Origin: the human T2T-CHM13v2.0 reference genome, Homo sapiens
DNA length: 64,000 nt
Assembly: GCF_009914755.1 (NCBI RefSeq)
Contig: NC_060935.1
Direction: 5' to 3' (one strand)
Shown here: one piece after another, positions 55,376 to 64,000 of the stretch
Layout: the number at the start of each line of letters is the position of its first letter
Numbering within the stretch: the stretch's first letter is position 1
Notes under the pieces: model-generated
Database searches by the model: none
Told to the model about the DNA's origin: nothing
The model's input: the letters and a program-made list of their open reading frames with translations, nothing else
Translations under genes and position numbers: made by a program

Positions 55376-56302
55376 ATAAATAAACACACATGCATGCATA
55401 CAAAATACTATTGTCAGTGCTATGGCAACCTCCCCTCTTTCTTAAGAGTGATCAGTTACACAATTATACACTTATATTTTATAGATATCAGTTCATAGTT
55501 CTTCAGCATAGGGCCAGGTAGCACGTAAGAAATGGCATACGTTATAAATAGTTGCTAATAATTAAGCAATGAACATAAGGGTAGTGGCTGTTCATGACCT
55601 CAATAACTACACACAGTCTCCATTTTAACTGTTGTGCCTCAGTGCACATGTAATAGATAATCTTGATTATAATCTCCATTTTTATGGCAATTAATTTTGG
55701 ACAGCCATGATTCACTTTGGAGGAATATGTTTATTAAGGCATTAATACATCCTGGCATTAGAGTGATGCCCCAGGAATGTTGGGAGAGCAACATTTTATA
55801 CTGGGAAAACATACACCAGAGCAGGTAAACCAAAGCCTGAGTAATCATGATGTTAACCTTTAATGGATGTAAATCACTTACAGAAGATATTAAGGAGTAA
55901 AAACAAACAAAAAATAATGACAGTTACAGTGGCCTAATTTACCCACACATATAAAAGGGTAGAAACTTGAACAAAGTTTGTAAATCCTTAAAAGATTAAA
56001 CAAAGTGGTGGCCACTATTTTTAAGGCATGAAGAGTGAGGTCACAATACCCTGACAGATTAAGTAAAATTAAAGCTAACACTGTGGTATAGCGACTACTT
56101 ACATACCATTTCATTTTATTAAGGATTGTAATTAATCTAGACAGTCTCAGTGTTTACAAAAGGTTTCTGACCTTGTCATTGTCCAATCAAAGCAAGTAAA
56201 GCGGACAAAACCAAAAGCTGTCTTTGAAATCAGTTTGGAAATATCTCTTATACAGATCATGCTGATTACCAAAAAGAAACACACTAATAACAATACAGGC
56301 AG

Positions 56303-56655
56303 TGATAGGGTTTGGCTGTGTCCCCACCAAAATCTCAACTTTAATTGTATCTCCCAGAATTCCCATGTGTTGTGGGAATGACCCAGGGGGAGATAATTGA
56401 ATCACAGGGGCCGGTCTTTCCGGTACTATTCTTGCGATAGTGAATAAGTCTCACAAGATCTGATGGATATATCAGGGGTTTCCACTTTTGCTACTTCTTC
56501 ATCTGCTCTTGCTGCAGCCATGTAAGAAGTGCCTTTCTCCTCCTGCCATGATTCTGAGGCCTCCCCAGCCATGTGGAACTGTAAGTCCAATTAAACCTCT
56601 TTTTCTTCCCAGTCTCAGGTATGTCTTTATCAGCAGTGTGAAATGGACTAATACA
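56303..56655 (+). mobile_element. THE1A-type solo LTR
   Basis: tgatagggtttggctgtgtcccc...atcaggggtttccacttttgc...ggactaataca. TSD GGCAG at 56298-56302 and 56656-56660. Confidence 0.95.
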
Positions 56656-57339
56656 GGCAGTAATTGAGACAGGTAATATTTTTGTCTATCTTTCATGCAA
56701 CATAATAATTTAGCATTTGTAATTAACAACAGACAAAATACTCTTTTCTATAATGGGGTAAATAGATCCTGTTTTACATGAGAGAAAATTAAATGATCTG
56801 AACTTTATAACCTGTTTAGATATTTTCTGTTCAAAAATATCCTCTAGATTAGGAATAATTTAAATACATATTGTATAAATTAAGAATGATAACGCAGGTA
56901 ATATTCAGTCATATTTGGAATTATGGCACTTTTATATGCAGGGGAGATTAAAGCTAAGAGACCAGAAAGTACAGAATGGGAATGATTTTAGTCTGGAAGA
57001 AATTTGCTCTATGTCAGATTTTATATCAATGAAATAAATAATCTCCTGTTCTGTTCAAGCCATACACATGCATACACACACACAGACACAACTGTGTAAC
57101 AAATCTAGAACAGGTCACAAAAGAGCTGAAACCCACTGCAGAAATCAATATTAAAGCTTGTTGAGTCCTTTGTCCTTTAATCAGAGGTCTGAATTCTTGT
57201 TCTGAGAAATAAGCATGTACATTTAGCTTTCAGAACTTCTTTTTCAGTATATTGTGTCTATGTACATGTATATTTTTCCATGTAAACACTTTAAAAATAT
57301 TAATTTGTGTTCTATCTAGACTTACATCCAATCTATATA

Positions 57340-57689
57340 TAGTCATCCCTCAGTATTCATGTTTGGGGGATTGGTTCTAGGAACTCCCAAACCCTACAGA
57401 TACCCAAATCTGTGGGTGCTCAAGTCCCTTATGTAATATTGTATTTGCATAAAACCTATGCATATTCTCCCATATACTTTAAACGATTTCTAGATTACTT
57501 TTAATGCTGAATGCAATGTAAATGCTATGTAAGTAGTTGCTGTACTGTAGTGTTTAGGCAGAATGACCAAAAACAAATCTGTATATGTTTAGTACAGTTG
57601 CAACATCCTGTCCTAGGCCTAACTACACTTTCAATCTAAGGTTGGTTGAATCCACAAATGTAGAACTCATGAATTCAGAGGGCTGACTA
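57340..57689 (+). mobile_element. MER2 (TcMar-Tigger) relic
   Basis: agtcatccctcagtattc...ggggattggttc...gctcaagtccctta...ttggttgaatccac...gagggctgact, flanked by TA. Confidence 0.88.
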
Positions 57690-57903
57690 TATAAGTTTAC
57701 TAATTTATTTTTAGGTTCAAACCAAAAGTATTTGAGTGTCAGATATTATGTTAAGCAGACTGGAGACAAAAGAACACTGAAATGCAGTCTCCACTTCTCG
57801 GTGCTCGTGTGAAAATACAGTTAATGTACAGCACAAATATATCAAAACAAACATGTTGTTGGTCAGGAAATGAAGCATAGAGAATATGGAGCATTTTCTG
57901 AAT

Positions 57904-58295
57904 CAAGGGTTGGCAAACTTTTACTATCTGCTACATAGCAAATATATATATACATATATATATTTAAAAAATACTTTAAGTTCTAGGGTACATGTGCACA
58001 ATGTGCGGTTTTGTTACCTATGTATACATGTGCCATGTTGGTTTGCTGCACCCATTAACTCATCATTTACATTAGGTATTAGGAAAAATACCTGAAGTAA
58101 AAATATTTTAAGCTTTGTGGGCCATGCAGTTTTTGGTCACAACTATTCAACTCTGCTGTTGTAGTATGAAAATAGCCATGAACAATACTTAAATGAATAG
58201 GTATGGCTGTGTTCCAATCAAACTTTATTTAGGAATCTTTGTGGTGGATGGTGATGGTAAATTTGACCCACTGGCCATACTTGGCTGAATCTTTA
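57904..58295 (+). mobile_element. MER58A relic interrupted by a micro-L1
   Basis: caagggttggcaaacttt...gctttgtgggcc...caactattcaactctgctgttgtag...ggctgtgttccaatcaaactttattt. Confidence 0.85.
57945..58101 (-). mobile_element. Very short L1PA (about PA5-7) 3' insertion with TA-rich tail and fold-back 5' end
   Basis: atactttaagttctagggtac...catttacattaggtatt followed by sense-oriented taggaaaaatacctgaagtaaa. Confidence 0.85.
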
Positions 58296-60440
58296 TCTAG
58301 ATCATGAAAAACAAGATGGAACTAAACAGCTGTAGAAATACATAAATATTGTATCAGGCAGAAGGAACAGAATAGTCAAGCCACGAAGACTTGTGAGGTA
58401 TCTGAGCAGGCTGAAAAATGATTTCAGTGACTATACCTGTGCTATATAGCTAGAGATAAATTAAGTGATCGCATATTTAATCAATACAGCAACTCTATTC
58501 TTACTGATGAGAAAGTCCATAATAATGTGGAGAAAATGGGATTCAAATATTCAAATACAAGTTTGACTTTAAAACCCTGCTTTTTGCACTGTAACTCGTT
58601 TCTTTAGTCTGAGAAACATATACTTGTTAAATACTGAATACTTGGTAATTACACGTCTCTACCTTTTATATGGAAATTACATTGAGTGGATCTAAAACTA
58701 ATTAACATGTATGGTGAGCTCCCCTTGCCTAAAATGCTGAAGAATAAGAAATAAATAAATTTACTTATAATTGCATGGTTAGTACTATGTAATTAATCTG
58801 CCCTGAAACACCAGTTAATTATGAATTACAGGTTGCCAAACAGACTGAATTTGAAATAGATTCACTTTTTAATTTTCTTTTGCTCAGTGTTGTAGGGCCG
58901 ATTCTGCTTTCATTTGCCCACCATTGGCTACAAGTGGAAATAACTCCATTTCCTTTAACACTTTCCCATTGTAATGCCACACAAACATATGTTCTTGTTG
59001 GACTCTCAATTAATTATGACAGAAACTGTGAAGCACCCTCTGTGCTTCTTCTGGAATTTTGAAATGCTATCAATCATTTTTGCCTGTTGCCTGGGGCAAA
59101 CAGTGATGCTGTATTTAGGCTAAAAGATGGGAAAGTTATTAGACATCTGTGTTAAAAATAAATAGGCAAAATCACCATTGAGAGTTTTCAAATTGAAGTC
59201 ACTGCAAACATACAAAATGGGATCAAGGAGTGACTTCTAAACATTTGTCATTCATACGCTTAAAGATTTCATAAAATCAATTAACCACATCAAAACTGAA
59301 ATCTGGAGCTCGGCTATACTTCATTAGGTTTATTAACTGTGACGCCAACAGCTTAATATAAATTATTCTCCTATGAGTACCCAAGAAGAGAACTGAACAC
59401 TTTTTAAAAAGATGAAAAAAAAAGATTGCATGGTTTTCAGTGTTATGATTATTAATGAGCCCACATATATTTGGTGCTGTTGAATCATCTCTAATTAGTT
59501 TGGATGTTACAATAAATACCATTGATCATTCCATCATGTAAAAGCCTTCTCTCTACATAGAATGATAGAACAAGAAGACCTACAAGATTAATTCATCCTC
59601 CACTTTCATTTTTCACAGAAGGAAACCGAAGAACACAGAGGGGGTCACATAGCTAGTTAAAAACAGAGACGATATTGCTAAATCTTAGTATTCTTTACAC
59701 ATTACCATATTTCCTTGCTTGTCTTTCTTTGGAAGGGTATTCTGAACTTGAATATGTACTGCTCTGGCAGGCCAGTTTGATTTCATAGCTCTGTCAATGT
59801 GTTTCTTAATTTTCTATTTTTTTAAAAAAAACAAATTAACCTACTTTAATTTATTCTTAATATATGATGTTCTGTCTTCTTCCCCCCAAAGATGGTGGCT
59901 AAGTCCCTGCTTTATCTGATCAAATTAGACATGGAATGGACATTGCACATGTGTATAGCATCAATATTCTAACCGTGATAAAAAGCAGTCATATCTAGAT
60001 ATTTCATTGGAAATTTAGTGTACTGCCTAAATCAAATACATACAATGATCTGTTATTCTTTGCCTGGTCAGCAGCCTCCAGTTTGCTGCTGAAATGAATT
60101 CACATTTTTAAAATTAATAAAATATTTTAGTCCACTTTTGCAGTAGTTTTTCTCCTTTTCCCCCCACTTACCAGCAACTACTCACTCTTCTTGTCTGACC
60201 TTTGTTTAAGTTGATTTCTCCATTTATATTCTTCTTAACTTTAATAGTAGTTATGCCAGTATGAATGAGGCACATTTAAGCCTGGATTTCAAATTTCAGC
60301 CACAGTGCTTGCTACTCAACCAGACATGCATTTGTTGGGGACTTGCTCTATGAAAGACAGATGAATTGTTTCAGGAGATTTACAACTTAGTAAAATGAAT
60401 TATAAGAAGCAAGCAAATAACTGCAGCTTTCATCAGTCTT

Positions 60441-60720
60441 TTTTTTTTTTTTTTGAGACAGAGTCTCGCCCTGTTGCCCAAGCTGGAGTACAGTGGCGTG
60501 ATCTCGGCTCACTGCAAGCTCTGCTTCCTGGGTTCATGCCATTCTCCTGCTTCAGCCTCCTGAGTAGCTGAGACTACAGGCGCCTACCACCACACCTGGC
60601 TAATTTTTTGTATTTTTAGTAGGGACGGGGTTTCACTGTGTTAGCCAGGATGGTCTCGATCTGCTGACCTCGTAATCCACCTGCCTTGGTCTCCCAAAGT
60701 GCTGGGCTTACAGGTGTGAG
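60441..60720 (-). mobile_element. AluY-like element, 5'-truncated by ~15 nt
   Basis: Ends at ...caggtgtgag. Perfect TSD CATCAGTCTT at 60431-60440 and 60721-60730. Confidence 0.96.
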
Positions 60721-61336
60721 CATCAGTCTTCTTTCTTACAAAGATTATTGTCTTCAGCTGGGAGGAGCTGGAAGGTAACTTAATGACCATGCAAAAGAAA
60801 GAAGATTTTAGAATCTCTTATCTTTAATGCCGGTATCTTATGAGCAATTTGAAAACTGTCATTTCCCCCAGTAAATTTATTCTTATAATTTTTTTCTACT
60901 TTTAAACTATATGGTTTTTGAGAGTAAAAATAGAGTCCCATTTATTTTTCTGTTTTTTTTTTTTAAATAATACTGTGGTAAAGAGTATTAATATTAGAGA
61001 TCATAAATGTCTTGCTAAAGAGCTCAACATGATCAGGTATAATCAGAAACAATCTTAGTATTTTCCACCTCTTTCTTCAAATGTATCTTGTCAGATATTC
61101 TTTGCCATTTCCTGGAAAATAGATATAGTTGTTAGCTTTGTGGGACACAAGTCCCACAATTTTCAGGTTATTACTGTTTTATTTTCAATATTAAAATGAA
61201 GTTTCTATTCTCCTTGTGAATTTAAAGCTTTTTCCAGCCTCACCAGCTCACACCTGACCAGTAGTGAGGAATGTGAGATGGTCTGTTCTGCCTCCTTTTT
61301 CAAATTTCCTTTTACTCTGCTAGATCATCCAACCTG

Positions 61337-61364
61337 TCTCTCTCTCTGGCTCTCTATCTCTCTG

Positions 61365-61396
<32 letters not shown>
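61337..61396. repeat. Compound (CT)n(CA)n microsatellite
   Basis: CT-rich run followed by a CA run. Confidence 0.93.
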
Positions 61397-61398
<2 letters not shown>

Positions 61399-61941
61399 TA
61401 TTTATTCTCCCAATCATGCTCCATATTGTTCCTCCCCACAACCCATTTAGTGCTCAGCCAGAGGTGATCTTTAACCACAATCACTTACATTCCTTCTAGC
61501 ATCATTCTGAAGGCTATTTCTTATGGTTTCTGTTTAAGCCCTTGACATAGGCTCAAGCATTTCCCTCACTGATATATTTTGTTTCTTTCTCTACCTTCAC
61601 GCATCTGAACTCTTAAATTCTTTCTTCTCTGTATTTTTAGCCCATTTCCATATAAGTTCCAGAATGTGTAATATTTTTTTAATAGGAGAAAATCTCATGG
61701 AATTGCAGACCCATCGCCATTCTTGTACAATGGTTGTTTCTAATCCTATCACCATAGCAATAGCATGGAAATCAGCAAAATTAAAATCAGGAACGAAAAT
61801 TGAATGCCAGAAACATCACCATTCTAAGACTTCTACAACATATTGATGCATTTGATCTATAAATTTTGCTGATGAAAACAGACCAGAAACATGCATTTTT
61901 TAAAGTTGCACAATTCTGATTATAGATTTTATTACTGTCGT

Positions 61942-62577
61942 TATATATATGTGTGTATGTACATATATACACATATGTATATATATGTGTGCATGTATAT
62001 GTATATATGTGTGCATGTATATATACATGTATATGTGTGTACATATATGTACATATATGTATGTATATGTATATGTATATATGTATGTGTATATATACAT
62101 GTATATATGGATATATATCATATGTATATATGTGCGCATAAAATACACATATGCATATGTATATGTGTGTATGTACATATATACATATATGTATATGTGT
62201 GTGTACATATATACATATATGCATATATGTGTGTACATCTATATATACATATATGCATATATGTGTGTACATCTATACATACGTATATGTATGTGTGTAT
62301 GTATATGTATATATGTATGTGTGTATATATGTGAATATATACATTCTGGAATTATGTGCATACAGTATTATACATTCTGGAAATTATATATATACAAGTA
62401 TATATATGCACACACATATATACACATACATACACACATAAGTATATGTATGTATAGATGTACACATATATATATGTACACACACACGATGATACATATA
62501 CATATATATTCCTGATATATATATATATGTGTGTGTCCTGATATATATATATATATGTGTGTGTGTGTCAGGAATAT
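61942..62577. repeat. ~630-bp alternating purine-pyrimidine low-complexity tract (TA/TG/CA)
   Basis: Mixed (TA)n, (TG)n and (CA)n. Source of the spurious Y/I/H/M/C-rich ORFs. Confidence 0.95.
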
Positions 62578-63459
62578 TGCTCTATAATGAGGAAAGATTG
62601 ATTTTTACCAAGCACTTGGAAGAGTTCCCAAACACAAAGCTTGTGTTTGGGATGACTCTAAAAGACTTTCAAAATCATTGTCAGTCTTCTAAAACATTGA
62701 TTATAGTTTCTTTTTAAAATAAGAGAATTGAATTGTTTGTTTTGAGAAAGTTCTCAAGGACAGGTTTTCAATATTGTCAATTCTTTTGCATCTAGCCTGC
62801 CATTCTGAAAACATCCACTGAGTACATACCAAGAGTTAGCCGTGGGGATACACAATCGAACAAACAAAAACTAAAGTTCCTGTCAATATGGAGCTTATTT
62901 TTCTGGTGAAGAATAAAGATGTTAAATAAGTAATTGCATGAAAATTTGGTTAGTGTTATGATCTGATGAGTACAGACTATTGTGGAAGCACTTTTTCGTT
63001 TACCATGTCTAGTAATTAAATACCATATAACAGTCAAATATAACAAATAAACAGATGCTATCTTCTTTAATCTGCCTGGAACACACTGGATGGTTCCTTT
63101 TTGACAGCTTTCAGCTGCAATATCAAATCTTCAGAAGAGATTTTCCCTTAAAAAATATCATCATCTAGTCCTTTCATTCCTCCACCATATTTTAATTGTC
63201 TGTATAGTTTTCTTGCTTTTTTATTTGCTTACTCATTATCTGTATTTCTGTCTGAGTGTTTACTACTTATTTCCAAAGTCTAGACCAGGATTAGGCACAT
63301 AATAGTTATTCAATATTGGTAGATTAATTGAATAATAATGATATATAAATATATCCACTTGCATATGTCTTGTTAGTAATTTGTTAAAAAAATTGATTGA
63401 TTCATTAATATGGTTTTCATAACCTTTAAAAAACTAGCTACCATTTTTCTTTGTTAGCT

Positions 63460-63609
63460 GTTAGTAATATTTCATTGTATGTATGTACCACATTTTCTTT
63501 ATTCATTCACCCATTGATAGACATTTAGGTTACTTCCAGGGCCTGGATGTTGTAAATAATGTTGCAAAAAAACAAGAAACTGCAGATATCTCTTCAAAAT
63601 ACTGATTTC
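63460..63609 (-). mobile_element. Old L1M (MA/MB) fragment
   Basis: taccacattttctttattcattcacc...gacatttaggtt...tgcagatatctcttc...actgatttc. Confidence 0.75.
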
Positions 63610-64000
63610 TTTTTTTCTTTTTTTTTTATTATACTTTAAGTTTTAGGGTACATGTGCACATTGTTCAGGTTAGTTACATATGTATACATGTGCCATGCTG
63701 GTGCGCTGCACCCACTAACTCGTCATCTAGCATTAGGTATATCTCCCGATGCTATCCCTCCCCCCTCCCCCCACCCCACAACAGTCCCCAGAGTGTGATG
63801 TTCCCCTTCCTGTGTCCATGTGATCCCATTGTTCAGTTCCCACGTATGAGTGAGAATATGCGGTGTTTGGTTTTTTGTTCTTGCGATAGTTTACTGAGAA
63901 TGATGATTTCCAATTTCATCCATGTCCCTACAAAGGACATGAACTCATCATTTTTTATGGCTGCATAATATTCCATGGTGTATATGTGCCACATTTTCTT
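63610..64000 (-). mobile_element. L1PA2-type element, 3' end; continues beyond the window
   Basis: Poly(T), then young-L1 3'UTR with cccactaactcgtcatctagc (GAG, not the Ta ACA), gagaatatg and ttgttcttg. Confidence 0.93.

Noticed and set aside
61787-62717. Long Tyr/Ile/His/Cys-rich ORFs on both strands
   Set aside because: Artefact of TA/TG/CA low-complexity sequence.
63610-64000. Active L1HS-Ta element
   Set aside because: Carries GAG rather than ACA and lacks the Ta-type G near the 3' end.

Overview
Primate nuclear DNA from an AT-rich, repeat-dense region that is intergenic or deep-intronic. An SVA plus an L1PA2-type element point to human or another African great ape. I can support no host protein-coding exon, RNA gene, CpG island or CRISPR array. 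The ORF-track entries are almost all repeat fragments or low-complexity artefacts. Bases 1-7009 are a nearly full-length, dead L1PA4-6-type LINE-1 on the minus strand. Its ORF2 is split by a full-length SVA_A-type retrotransposon with a perfect 17-bp target-site duplication (TSD). Its antisense ORF0 is still open while ORF1 and ORF2 are broken. The remainder is layered Alu, L1, MaLR/ERVL LTR, MIR, L2 and DNA-transposon (MER2, MER3, MER5, MER20, MER58, MADE1) relics. I found no convincing new biological system. The most unusual structures are a ~140-bp poly(A)-tailed, TSD-flanked retrocopy of an LTR-terminated RNA (45.1 kb), two fold-back scars in L1 DNA, an ancient twin-primed L1MA, an ancient MaLR provirus with both LTRs and TSD, an AT-rich palindromic minisatellite and a MADE1 hairpin with a compensated substitution. 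Subfamily names come from recalled consensus sequences and need RepeatMasker/Dfam confirmation.
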